Shown: piece by piece, positions 1 through 13,112 of the stretch
Numbering within the stretch: position 1 is the stretch's first letter
Layout: each line of letters begins with the position of its first letter
Assembly: GCA_964016885.1 (NCBI GenBank)
Contig: OZ024745.1
Coordinates: 46,190,001 to 46,254,000, forward strand
DNA from: Eledone cirrhosa
Lineage: Eukaryota
Length of the DNA stretch: 64,000 nucleotides
Direction of reading: 5' to 3'
Notes under the pieces: generated by a model
The model's input: the letters and a program-made list of their open reading frames with translations, nothing else
Told to the model about the DNA's origin: nothing
The model's database searches: none
Made by a program: the position numbers and the translations under genes

Positions 1-212
1 CTACTCTTCAATTGTTGAGTTGTTAGACAGTTTATCTTGGCTGCTATTTCTAGTAACAACTTTAGGCTCGTCACTAAATCTATAATGTACAAATCTTTAC
101 CCTGGTGTTAGTTATGCGCATGTGTTCAGTATTGTACAATATGTTAGATCGATGGAGTGTATGTGATGTTCAGTAACAGTTAAATATACCAATCTACCGT
201 ACCTTTTTCTTA

Positions 213-398
213 TAATAATTGTTTCTACTTTTGGCACAAGGCCGGCAATTACCCAGTACATTACTGGTACTTTATTTTATCGACCCCGTAAGGATGAAAG
301 GCAAAGTTAACCTCGGCAGGATTTGAACTCAGTCCGTAAAGTGACGTAACTGTGCTGCAAAGCATGGCGTCCGACCCTCTACCGATACTGCCAATCCA
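213..398 (-). mobile_element. tRNA-derived SINE family 2 (MESC-like core)
   Basis: A box TGGCAGTATCGG, B box GAGTTCAAATC, core gcctttcatccttacggggtcgataaaat and (ATT)n tail. Confidence 0.8.
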
Positions 399-1015
399 CA
401 GTACCCTCTGAAGATCGTCAAGTTCTGAGAGAACGAACTATCTTAGTTTTGAATAGTCAATTCTGTTCTTTTGCTCATTAAACTTCAGTAAGAGGAACAT
501 TTGTTGAGCCCTCTAGCTTTAAGTTGCTTAACGAATAACCTACCCTCAGGATGAGATGCTTGTGAGGTTTCTTTATTTTAATGAGCTTTACTGGGATCTT
601 CCCTTTGGTTAGTCTGCGCTCTATTTAACATATTTCTATATTTATACTTATAAACTTCTTTAAATTAGATTCAAAGCAATCTTGTTAATCAAGATTTAAA
701 GTATATTACTGACAAATTTTTAAACATATATATATCTTCATCATCATCAGTGTTATACGTCCATTTTTCCACGCTAGCATGAGTTAGACGAATGTCCTGT
801 TGTGGGCAATGTCAGGGCAGGTGACCGTGTCTTGCTGATATAGGACTGATTTTGGCTTGATTTCTACAGCTGGATGCCCTTCCTAACGCCAACCTCATTT
901 ACATTGAGTACTGGGCGCTTTTTGTCATAACGCCTACGCAATCATTTTACAGTGCGGACTGGGTGCTTTTTGTCGTGACACCTACACGTCCACTTTACAG
1001 TGGGAGGGTGGGGGA

Positions 1016-1018
<3 letters not shown>

Positions 1019-1069
<51 letters not shown>

Positions 1070-1091
1070 TTCTCCTATATATATATATATT

Positions 1092-1177
<86 letters not shown>
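1019..1177. repeat. Compound (TA)n-(GA)n microsatellite
   Basis: Seen directly. A mirror-type (CT)n-(TA)n lies at 2598-2710. Confidence 0.95.
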
Positions 1178-1180
<3 letters not shown>

Positions 1181-1578
1181 ATGTATGCATACATACTTAA
1201 ACACATACGCACACATACATATAACCTGCACTGCTCTATATGTAACAGCAACCAAATATCATTCAGCAAACTTTCCTATCACCTTTGACTTAGGGACATG
1301 AATTTAGAAAGGCTTGTCATAGTTTATCGCATGAAGCAACCACTTCACTCCATTGAATACATGTTTGAAATGTAAGCTTAAGCAGTGTTCACCAGAACAT
1401 CATAATGTCATAATAGCCATATTTAGTATTAAGATCAACATGTTGACCAATTAGTCTCTACGCAATTGCAATATTATAAAGCTTCATGAAAAAATAAAAT
1501 TGGACCCTAAAATAAACAAAATTTAAGTGAGAAGAAACAAAAAAAAATATGAGAAAAAAAGGATCAATTCTAACTTAC

Positions 1579-1702
1579 CAGAAAGACCAGTAACATCCAT
1601 TTTTGGCAGATTTCTTGCTTTGAGTACAACAACTGTAAGTCTGTTGGCTGCTGGTTGATAAGAAAGAGAGACAAGAAGTTCTCCTCGGCCTTGGGTACGA
1701 AA
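1579..1702 (-). CDS. Syt4: Synaptotagmin exon: N-terminal part of C2B
   Basis: Acceptor tttgtttcag| (phase 0) and donor G|gtaagt (phase 1). Encodes [41 protein letters not shown]. Confidence 0.92.
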
Positions 1703-2255
1703 CTGAAACAAATATTTAGAAAATTTAATAGAAATTTTGCTTCAAGAAAATAGATTTTTAAAGTGAAAATATTCGATAGTAACTGATTGTTTGAAATAGC
1801 AGTGATATTGAGAGATGTTTACTACTAGAATTACAATGATTTCTTAATTAGACATGAAGCTATAATGTTGTTGGAGAGGTGAAAGTGTATTTGTGACAGA
1901 TATGCTTTACACAAGGTGAATGTGAGGCAGTTCTAATTGGGAATTTAATATATGAACTACATATTGATCCCACAAATGAAAACTGACCCCAAAATTGTTA
2001 AAAGAGGAATATGCATGTCATGATCATTATTGTCATAATTATCACATAATTGTACATCCATTTTTCCATGTTGATATGGGTTGGAAAGGTTGTTATATTT
2101 GAGTCAGTTCTTATTCAAAGTTAATATTCTCCAAGATGGATCAAAGTTTAGGCGTTGTTCTTACATTGCATGTTTGGCATGGTTTCTATGGCATTTCTTG
2201 TCACCAAGCATTTTAAAGAGTGTGTATGTATTTATGTATATGTGTGAATGTATAT

Positions 2256-2714
<459 letters not shown>

Positions 2715-2866
2715 CATACATACATATATATGCTCATGCCTATCTTTTTCCATTAACTGGGTTTATATGGCCCCATTATTATTAGACTATTATATTTAAA
2801 ATGAAGTCTTCTATTTCAATTTTCAGACTCTACTCACTGCTTTCTAAACATACTTCCTTTGTATAG

Positions 2867-2919
<53 letters not shown>

Positions 2920-3610
2920 GTCCAAGGAAATGACAAGGTACAATCAACCCATCTGGACCAAAGTATAACTGAACTTGGATTTGTAAAAAAAGGTACATCG
3001 CTCCTTAATTCCTAAGCTACAAATGGCCATGATATCTGGAACCTTCAAAATTTGTAAAACATTCTTACAATTCAAAGGAAGAATGCTTACACAAGAGACA
3101 ATAACAATTTCCTTTCTTTACAGCCTTGCCACTGGAAAGGGGGCCAATTAAAAATGAACCCAAAATTAAGAGAAAGAGAGGACATACATTTAGTCTTGCT
3201 GTGAAAAAGGACTCTGTGGTTGTACCACATGCCTCTCACTGCAGTTGTTTATAAGTTCATTCTGTAAAACGACCCTGTAATTATACCACAGGGTCACTTT
3301 CACAGAAAATTTATTAACACACACTGTAGATTGTAGGAGAACAACAAGCGGGAGCAGTTAAATTATTGACCCTCTTTAAACTAGTTCAATATATCTGGTA
3401 CATCTAACAATACACCTATTCTAGTGAAGCTACATGTTCCTATGTTTTGGAATAAAACCAAAGAGAAGAAACATTCAGTAGATATTAGTCTACCTTCAAA
3501 CAATTGCATTTAAGTTAAAGAAATCTGGGAAGACATGCACTCAAGTTAGAGGTATTATCATAAACATCCCAAGAATAATTATTACTGAAGCAATGGATGG
3601 AAATGCTTAA

Positions 3611-3818
3611 CCCTTTAGCATTTAAACTGGCCGTATCCAGCCAGAATTCTCTCACCACTTTCTGTTCAAACCAGCTCTAACTGGCTGCTCATACTGATGT
3701 TAAGGTATTGTTCTCAAAATAAATAATATCAAAATCTCATTGATTCAATATCATATGAGATAAAGCCTTTACCATGAAAATATAATAGTAAATATAATGT
3801 ATTGTAAATGATAAAGAG
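3611..3818. mobile_element. piggyBac-like MITE
   Basis: TTAA|CCCTTTAGCATTTA ... TAAATGATAAAGAG|TTAA. Five copies in the window. Confidence 0.7.
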
Positions 3819-4066
3819 TTAAGAGTTTCTGGAAGCAAATGCAATCTATTCCATTAATTATAGAAAAATAATAATCCAGAGAACATGTAAAAGTTTACAG
3901 AAATAAGTAGAATAAAAAGTCATGCAGAGAATCAGGCATTAAAATAAATTCATTGCTACTTCTTCTGTAGCAATCTGGTGCATTTGGCGACTAACCAAGG
4001 CTTCATTGCTTGACAGCCAAACAGGACATACTATTGAAATACCTATATATATGTGTGTGTGTGTGT

Positions 4067-4127
<61 letters not shown>

Positions 4128-4487
4128 ATACATCATCATCATCATCGTTTTTACATCCACTTTTCCATGCTTGCATAGGTTGGATGGGTCCTTCTCAGCA
4201 TGGCATCTCTCCACACACTGTGATCCTTTTTCATTGCCTCTGTGAGTATATATATATATATATATATACATATAGTCTAGCCCATGCTAGCATGGAAAAT
4301 AGACATTAAACGATAATGATGATGATATATGTATAAACATATACATATGTATATAAATATATAAAACATAGTTTAATTAATGCCAAAACATCCATTGTTT
4401 TGGCATTAATTAAACTGTTTTAAATGCTTCTCTGGTTTTTTTCATTGAGAAGTTCAAGTATATTAGTGACAAATAACTTTCTGTCTG

Positions 4488-4518
<31 letters not shown>

Positions 4519-4521
<3 letters not shown>

Positions 4522-4710
4522 ATAATTGTTTCTACTTTAGGCACAAGGCCAGTAATTACCCAGTGCATTACTGGTACTTTATTTTATCGACCCCGTAAGG
4601 ATGAAAGGCAAAGTCAACCTCGGCAGGATTTGAACTCAGATCGTAAAGGGACGTAACTATGCTGGAAAGCATGGCGTCCGACCCTCTACTGATACTGCCA
4701 ATCCACCGCC
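4519..4710 (-). mobile_element. SINE family 2
   Basis: Matches 213-398. Confidence 0.8.
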
Positions 4711-4874
4711 CTTTATATAATAATAATAATACGATTTGTTAAGCCTTCATTATGTTTATTGATTGGTGACGCGCGTTTTGCTATTGATCAGCTCAAGGTT
4801 CGATCTGTATCGATCTGGCCTGATTCTGATTGCTCACCTGGGTGAACCTACAGTAACTTCATGTTACACTCCCT

Positions 4875-4924
<50 letters not shown>

Positions 4925-4988
4925 ATAATAATTATGAAGACCAAAATCCAAAGAGGGCTTGATAAGGATTGTATATATATCTATCTAT

Positions 4989-5225
4989 CTAAGGCGGGTA
5001 AAATTCCCGAGATCCATGGACGAGTTCTCTCCAGCGGTCTCTGTCCCTCATTATCGCTGCCATATCCTGCATCTCCAACAGACCAGTGTCTGTCCTTAGG
5101 GCATCAACATATGTTAACCTTGGTCTTCCTCTTCTAGTGTGTCCATGTAGGGGCTCCCAAAGAAGCACTGAGTGCAATGTCAACTCTGGATGTCGGTGAG
5201 CATGTCCAGCCAACCTCAGTCTTCT
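4989..5225 (-). mobile_element. RTE-like LINE 3' end (third family)
   Basis: AGHAHRH...RRGRPRLTYVDAL...DRDRWRELV C-terminus, near-identical to 9852-10010. Confidence 0.75.
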
Positions 5226-5395
5226 GATTAAAGTTTAAGCAAAGAATCACTGCTTTCAAGGTGAAAGCAGCGATTCTTTGCTTAAACTTTAATCTGTTAT
5301 TTTAATCAATATTTGCTCTACGGTTTTATATATTTTATATATATATTATCCTTATCGAGCCGTCTTCGGATTTTAGTCTTCACATTCATTATTAT

Positions 5396-5400
<5 letters not shown>
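5226..5400 (+). mobile_element. Fold-back element (GAAAGCAGCGATTC family)
   Basis: Hairpin 5226-5294. The tail matches 44199-44310, and an inverted partial copy lies at 4921-4980. Confidence 0.65.
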
Positions 5401-5427
<27 letters not shown>

Positions 5428-5429
<2 letters not shown>

Positions 5430-5626
5430 CGAAGGAAATGTGGTAAGGAACCAGGTGGACTATAACGCACCAAAGTACTCAATACTTAGGGTAGTAGAGT
5501 GGGTAATAGGAACAAGTAAGACCCCGACGGCTGAGCTCAAGCCATTTCGACAGCTAATTCTGGACATAATTAGTCCAGAATTAGCCGTTGAAACAGCTTG
5601 AGCTCAGCCGTCGGCGTCTTACTTGT

Positions 5627-5692
<66 letters not shown>

Positions 5693-5897
5693 ATGTTCAG
5701 GACCCCGACGGCAGAGCTCAAGCCATTTCGACGGCTATTTCTGGACGCAAAGTCCAGTCCAGAAATAGCTGTCGAAACTTCTTGAGCTCTGCCGTCGGGG
5801 TCCTGAACATTTTCATATTACCCACTCTACTACCCAAAGTATCGAGTACTCTGGTGTGTTATGGTCCACCTGGTTCCTTACTACACTTCCTTCATTA
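5428..5897. mobile_element. Two head-to-head copies of a ~200-bp fold-back element (GACCCCGACGG family)
   Basis: Hairpins 5507-5631 and 5686-5817 are separated by (TA)n and share a unique tail with the copies at 52290 and 62567. Confidence 0.75.
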
Positions 5898-6898
5898 AAT
5901 ATATATATATATATATATATATCATATATATTCAGAATGCAAGGCTCAGCTCTAAATAAATATTTTCCAGTGTACCTAACAGTATTAAGTACTTTCTTTC
6001 AAAGAAATGAAGACATAAGAAATCCATATTCTTTGAAATAATGTCAGTAAGTTTACAGATAAAGAATGCTGGACTGTTCCCATTGAATCATTTGATAAAA
6101 TTACCTGCAATGCATCACCCTTCCAGCAAACAGCAGCAGTAGTTTGGTTCTTCACCTAAGAAGTACAATTCTGCCAATTCTATGCTAACTACCCTCTACA
6201 AAAAATCTGTTTTATCTTTGACTCGTCTGAAACAACTAAGTATGTAACCTATCCCATTCTCTTAGTTATCTTTTTTCACATCCCTGGCACAATTAAAACT
6301 CACAGCTCTCAAATCCCCTAAGTGTTTCTCACACCATCACTAACTGGGAAGCAGGACATAAATATGTTTAAGGCATATTAATAGGTTACAAATAGTAAAT
6401 ATACTTTCACAAACTGAACTTTGGGCATAAATTGAACTGTTTCTTAAATAAACAATAGTGTTAAGTATACATACATATACATACATACAATTCAAAGGGG
6501 AAACGCTTACACAAAAGACAACAACAATTTTCTTTTCTTTACAACCTTACCACGAGGAAGGTGGCTGGTCAAAATAAACTCAAAATTAAAAGAGAGAACA
6601 TACATACATACATACATACATACATATGAGTGTTTCCCCATCTCTTTTTTCTCCTTTTTCCTTATTTCTTCCTCTTCTCACTCTTTATCTTTCTATTTCT
6701 AACTCAGTTTTTTTATGAATGACTAGTGTCTGAAACGTTAAGATTCTTTTCCTGCTATTTCAAGTGTTAAACTAATATATTTCTTCAATGTACTGTGTCA
6801 TTTGCTTTGTTATTTCTATTTACTTTTTAGATACATACACACATACAGGCAGACAGACAGACATGCATACATCACTATCAGTGTTATCATTGTATATA

Positions 6899-7087
6899 TA
6901 ATTGTTTCTACTTTTTGGCACAAGGCCAGCAATTACCCAGTGCATTACTGGTACTTTATTTTATCGACCCCGTAAGGATGAAAGGCAAAGTCAACCTCGG
7001 CGGGATTTGAACTCAGATCATAAAGGGACGTAACTATGCTGGAAAGCATGGCGTCCGACCCTCTACCAATACTGCCAATCCACCGCC
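6899..7087 (-). mobile_element. SINE family 2
   Basis: Matches 213-398. Confidence 0.8.
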
Positions 7088-9079
7088 ATTGTATATATAA
7101 TGATAGCCAAAATTATTGAAATTTAAAAGAAATATTATTGCTTTTTAACACATTATTTATATAGCTATGAAAGCATGTATATATGTGTTACTGTTGCTTT
7201 TTATTACTTCAAAAATGACAGGTATTTGTGTACAGAGCTGGATGTTGTCCAATTATTTATTATGATGGCAACAGTGCTACAGAAATGATGCAAGCTTACA
7301 AACATAGTTATGGCTTTCAAAACAATTGCTTTCTGTTTGATTAAACATTTTTAAAAAAGTATTTAAAAAACAGTTCAGTGTGATGACTATCATTCCAGGA
7401 CAACAATGTTCCTGTTGTCAAAGAATTATTGTATGTATGGACCCATAACTTCTGGTGGAGTCATAGGGTTGCCATCATATCACTTTAAACCCAGCAGAAC
7501 ACATCCCTTCTTCAGATATGAACACAGCTAATTTATTCCATAGAAGGAAAGAGAGGAAATAAGAAAGAGATATAAAGAAATTTTTTATCGATTTTTATAG
7601 AGAATTTTTTATCCACTGAATTGGAACCTTTTTATCAACCATGAACAGATGAAAGGTAAAGTTGACTTCAGCAAGATGGAGACTTAGTGAGCACACACAG
7701 TCAGAAAAATACTGCAAATTTGAATATGGCAAATGTTCCACCTCTCAAAGAATCATTGGCTTTTAACTATATCATAGATTTCACTGGACAAAAAGATTCT
7801 ATATTATTGAGTTTCTAAACATTTACATCATGTTGTTGATACAAGAGATCTGTACTTGTTTCATACCTTATAGGAACACATTTCTGAAATACTAACCATC
7901 TGCCCCTCTCCCTTAGAACATCCATTATTGACACCTATCCCTTTCTCTTGTCATTGCCCATCTCTATTACTTACCACCACTCCCTCTTATTTCATGCCCA
8001 TCACTCTCTTCTCTATTACTCTCTCTCTCTCTCTCTCTCTCCCTCCCTTTACCCTCTTGTTATTGTTCCTTTTCTGTCATAGTTCTCTCTCTTCTATTCA
8101 CCCTCATGGTCATGTTGCCTTTTACAGCTTTACTACTGCCCTAGAAATATTCTATGTCAATTACATTCCATTAGGTTTGGCAATAATACAGAGCTGCCAC
8201 AGCCTTCTTACAGTATCTCCATCTAGCTTTAATAGTTTTCAAACTCTATAACGTTGAATGATGTGTTCAATGTTATAGAATTTTCAAAATGTAAAATGGC
8301 TTGTATCCTACAATACATATGTGTGTATGTGCAGAGGGAAGAGAGATGCATTATTGACTTATTTTTCTTTAATTTTTCAAACACGTTACAAACATTTAAT
8401 TTGTTATCATCATCACCACCATCACCCTTATTGTATGCCTGTTTTAGCTCCTAGCAAGGGTTGAACAGGTCGTCACAGATCAAGTCTGTACTTAATTTGA
8501 TCTACAGACCTCTCAGATGTCCTGGGGGCTGCATCTCACTTATATACTTTCCCATACACTCTATCTCTCTCTGCAGAGTGCCTCAAGTGCATTTTCATGG
8601 CACCAGCACAAGGCAAGTTGTCATGTCTCTGACACAACTCAAGATCTTATTCCATTGTTTGACAGCTTTCCTATCACCAACCACTTTACAGAGTGTACTG
8701 AATGCATTTTATCATGTCACCAACAGTATAGAGGTTGTCATGTCTCAACACAACTAGAGAGTCTTCTTGACTCTTATTTTAATTCAAACAGTCACTTAAT
8801 TTCATGATTACTAGCAAGGAATACCACTTTAGTTTTTTTATTTATTAATTTCATTTTCTGTTCTTTATATTTTTTGTTTTTGTTTTTTTTAATAAGTTCC
8901 TTCACAATTCCATGTAAAAACTGATGATATTTATTTTATTTATTTTAATTCAGAAAGAAAAGATTTTTTAAATGATTTGTATAATTTAAGAAGCTCTTAA
9001 TTAGTTGCCAGTTGAAGTATATATATATAGTAGAAAAGTTCTTGTTTTATTTCACATAATAATGTATACAAATAAATAT

Positions 9080-9085
9080 AATTTA

Positions 9086-9140
<55 letters not shown>

Positions 9141-9197
9141 GTTTATTTATTTATTTATATATACACATATATATATTTATATATACACACATATATA

Positions 9198-9237
<40 letters not shown>

Positions 9238-9293
9238 CACACACATGCATATATATATACATATATATACATACATATATATATACACACACA

Positions 9294-9361
<68 letters not shown>
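9080..9361. repeat. Compound (TA)/(CA) microsatellite
   Basis: Seen directly. Confidence 0.9.
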
Positions 9362-9366
<5 letters not shown>

Positions 9367-9800
9367 AGAGAAAGGAAATGGGAGAAGACATGCACATTCA
9401 ATCAAATGCCACAACAAAGGGCACTGAAGTTTCTCTCTAATAATTTTTCAGACAAGTCAACACACTTGCAGCATTGCTATGGGAAATAATTTCCTATTCG
9501 TATTTGATATTACTTCCCATGAATGAATATATTTGCTTCTTAAATGGATTATAAAAGTTTATAAAAACCAAAACATAACAAAGTGAATGCAATAGAAAAG
9601 AGCAACACAAAAAAATATATAAATAAAATAAATGAATATATATATAAAAGCATAGCAATGCAAATTAATCAAGCAACTAATGAAAGCCAAAGACATATAT
9701 AAATAAAGAATACTTAGGCTAAAAACAATCAGTGATTCTGAGATGAAAAATGTCAATTGTACATGTACAATCAGATTCTGTATTATTTCCAACTAGAGTG

Positions 9801-9851
<51 letters not shown>

Positions 9852-10010
9852 CATGGACACACTAGAAGAGGAAGACCAAGGTTAACGTATGTTGATGCCC
9901 TAAGGACAGACACTGGTCTATTGGAGACGCAGGACATGGCAGCGATAATGAGGGACAGAGACCGCTGGAGAGAACTCGTCCATGGATCTCGGGAATTTTA
10001 CCCGCCTTAG
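9852..10010 (+). mobile_element. RTE-like LINE 3' end (same family as 4989-5225)
   Basis: HGHTRRGRPRLTYVDALRTDTGLLE...REFYPP* set between microsatellites. Confidence 0.75.
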
Positions 10011-10035
10011 AATAGAATATATATATATATATATG

Positions 10036-10066
<31 letters not shown>

Positions 10067-10085
10067 GTGTATATATATATATGTG

Positions 10086-11830
10086 TGTAGAAAAGATGAA
10101 TATAAAATGAAAGTGCTTTTATAAAGGAATTTATTAGGTATTGACATATGTTTCTGTAACAGACGGAATACCTATGTATCGCTGCTTGCGTAATCATATA
10201 ATGTTAGCAAGTATTCAATAGCAAATGTATAATCAGTTGTCACTTCTTCAGAGATATTGGATAAATTGGAAAAAATCAGAAAAATTAAAGTATTTATATT
10301 AGTTGTAAGAAAGGAAGAAGAGAAGGGATAGTATATGACAGATGGCAATTCAATTTGCTGGTAAACAAGTATATAGAAGGTTTTTAATGAGAATACAATG
10401 AGTATATGGCTTATTTTATCTAAATAAGAATATTTGGGAGTGTTTATTTTAATCTATATTTGACCAACTGAACAATGGACAGGGCTGGTCGTTTGGTGTA
10501 GTAGTATTAATACAGATATAAAGTGTCAAGTAAGGAAGAGAGAGATTTTCACTGCTACTGTATAACAACAATGCTAGTAGCCTGCTGGTATATGCATTAG
10601 GGAATTGAATTAAGAAATCTCATTTTATCTATAGTAGTTTATATCTATAGTAGTTTATATTAAATGGTAAAGAATAGAAGAGTTGATAGAATTAAGACTA
10701 ATAGAGAATGTTAATATGTATTTTGACAATCAAACGGAGATGGAGACAGGCGTTCAATCCTGGTAGCGTTTGTAAAATGAAAATGTAGATTTCAAGCGAT
10801 GGTTACAGTATAACGATCGCTCTATTCTGTTATTTAATAAAATATTTTTGGATTTCATAATACAAAATATTTCCATATTACACAATTTCCAAAATTCCTG
10901 TCCGTGGTTATATGGAGGGGCAGCGGTTATTATATCCCATTTTAGGTTAAATTGTTGGTTATTTTCGCGCAGCTGCCAAGCCTTGTCTGTGAGTGTTGTT
11001 ACATAACGCTGGTTTTCAAGTTTTATCGAGTAACGATGTCTATAAAGGCGAGATTTGAAGGAGGTAGCTGTAGACCCCACATAATACCACTTCTGGCTAC
11101 CCGATTCGATAGTACATTTGTATATGATGTATATGTTGTCAAAATACATATTAACATTTTCTATTAGTCTTAATTCTATCAACTCTTCTATTCTTTACCA
11201 TTTAATATAAACTGCTATAGATAAAATGAGATTTCTTAATTAGTTGTTATACAGTAGCAGTGAAAATCTCTCTCTTCCTTACTTGACATTTTATATCTGT
11301 ATTAATACTACTACACCAAACGACCAGCCCTGTCCATTGTTCAATTGGTCAAATATAGATTAAAATAGGTACTCCCAAATATTCTTATTTAGATAAAATA
11401 AGCCATATACTCATTGTATTCTCATTAAAAACCTTCTATATACTTGTTTACCAGCAAATTGAATTGCCATCTGTCATATACTATCCCTTCTCTTCTTCCT
11501 TTCTTACAACTAATATAAATATTTAATTTTTCTGATTTTTTCCAATTTATCCAATATCTCTGAAGAAGTGACAACTGATTATACATTTGCTATCGAATAC
11601 TTGCTAACATTATATGATTGCGCAAGCAGCGATACATAGATATTCCGTCTGTTACAGAAACATATGTCAATACCTAATAAATTCCTTTATAAAAGCACTT
11701 TCATTTTATATTCATCTTTTCTACATTTTCTCCGGAATATAATTTATACTCGTTGAGCAAACCTACACGTACGCTGTTCATCTCTAACGTGACGATATAT
11801 TATCACTACATTATTGATAACTTGAAATGT
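10086..11830 (-). mobile_element. Penelope-like element derivative: GIY-YIG endonuclease plus about 600-bp inverted repeat
   Basis: IIYKCTI...YYVGST..FKSRLYRH...KLCNME...YCNHR is a PLE-type GIY-YIG. 10086-10729 is the reverse complement of 11136-11725. Confidence 0.8.
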
Positions 11831-11876
11831 TATATGTGTATATATATATATATATATATGTACATATATGTATATA

Positions 11877-11929
<53 letters not shown>

Positions 11930-11931
<2 letters not shown>

Positions 11932-12285
11932 TTTCTGAATTTGTTTAGCAAGATTCTTTATCTGAAATCGTGTGTTGAAACCGATATTGTTATACTTTGG
12001 GAGGGTCATGTTGCCAATAAGAAATACACGCACCAGTTGCTTTCACTTCAATTTAATTTAATATATATTTATAAATTTACAAATTTATAAATTTCTGGTT
12101 GGTTGGTTGGTTCCACAACCAGATAGTTGTTTATATAAACAACTATCTGGTTGTGGAACCAACCAACCAACCAGAAATTTATAAATTTGTAAATTTATAA
12201 ATATATATTAAATTAAATTGAAGTGAAAGCAACTGGTGCGTGTATTTCTTATTGGCAACATGACCCTCCCAAAGTATAACAATAT
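11930..12285. mobile_element. Same family as 28780-29258; about 300-bp perfect palindrome
   Basis: 11984-12285 is self-complementary around gtttatataaac and shares ttatactttgggagggtcatg with about 28835. Confidence 0.75.
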
Positions 12286-12404
12286 ATATATATATATATA
12301 TAACAAAGGGCGGAAGAACTCATAAGAGTCAATGGCCATCAAAAAATGTGTAAATATGTATATACACATGTACATATGTATGTGTATGTATATGCATGTG
12401 TATA

Positions 12405-12985
12405 TGCCTGGGGTGTCAGGGAGGGGCATGTACCTCTGTAGGGAGGGTAGCCATGCCCTTTTCAGGACAGCTCGTCCTGCATTGGGTCCCGCCTGACACT
12501 CAACTCTCACCTGTGGCCCCAAGAAGCTGTAGCATGTGACAGCAGGCACACCCCGATAAACCGCCTTGGCTGGCGGGCCGAACCAGGTTGAGGGCAGTCT
12601 GACGGGTCTGAAATCTCCTGGTGAGTTAGATAGGGGATGCCTGGCCCTGCTTGCGAAGACTGGACCTGGCGGAGTGAGTGGAGGAGGACAACATCATCCC
12701 AACGGTCACGAAGGTGGCAACAGCAAGGGGTGTGGAGCGCTAGGGCACGGCAAGGCACCACAGACGTTGTGACCATCCCGCACATGTTTCTTCTTTGGCA
12801 TGCACACCCAAAGCCCTGCGGTGATGGGCGTGAGCTGGAGGTAACAGGTGGAGGTAACCTCTGGGAGTTGCCAGTCTGACTCTGGTCTCTTCCCCTGCCT
12901 CCACTGTCCCTGGACTTGCAAGTCAAGGATCGGCCTCCACAGCCACCTTTGTGCCCACGGCAGACGGGAACAACAATAAAGAAGA
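12405..12985 (+). mobile_element. GC-rich segment resembling an RTE/BovB-type 5'UTR
   Basis: Abrupt GC-rich island between microsatellites. The run ggcgggccgaaccaggttgagggcagtctgacggg resembles RTE leaders from memory; there is no ORF support. Confidence 0.4.
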
Positions 12986-13053
12986 TGTCATCATCATTTA
13001 CGATTTACAACCAAGATATATATATGTATATATATATATATATGTGTATATGC

Positions 13054-13084
<31 letters not shown>

Positions 13085-13112
13085 TACACATATATATATA
13101 TATACACACACA

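Noticed and set aside
408-445. CTGAAGA hammerhead-like motif (also CTGATGA at about 45790, 54618 and 54727)
   Set aside because: No properly placed GAAA with matching stems.
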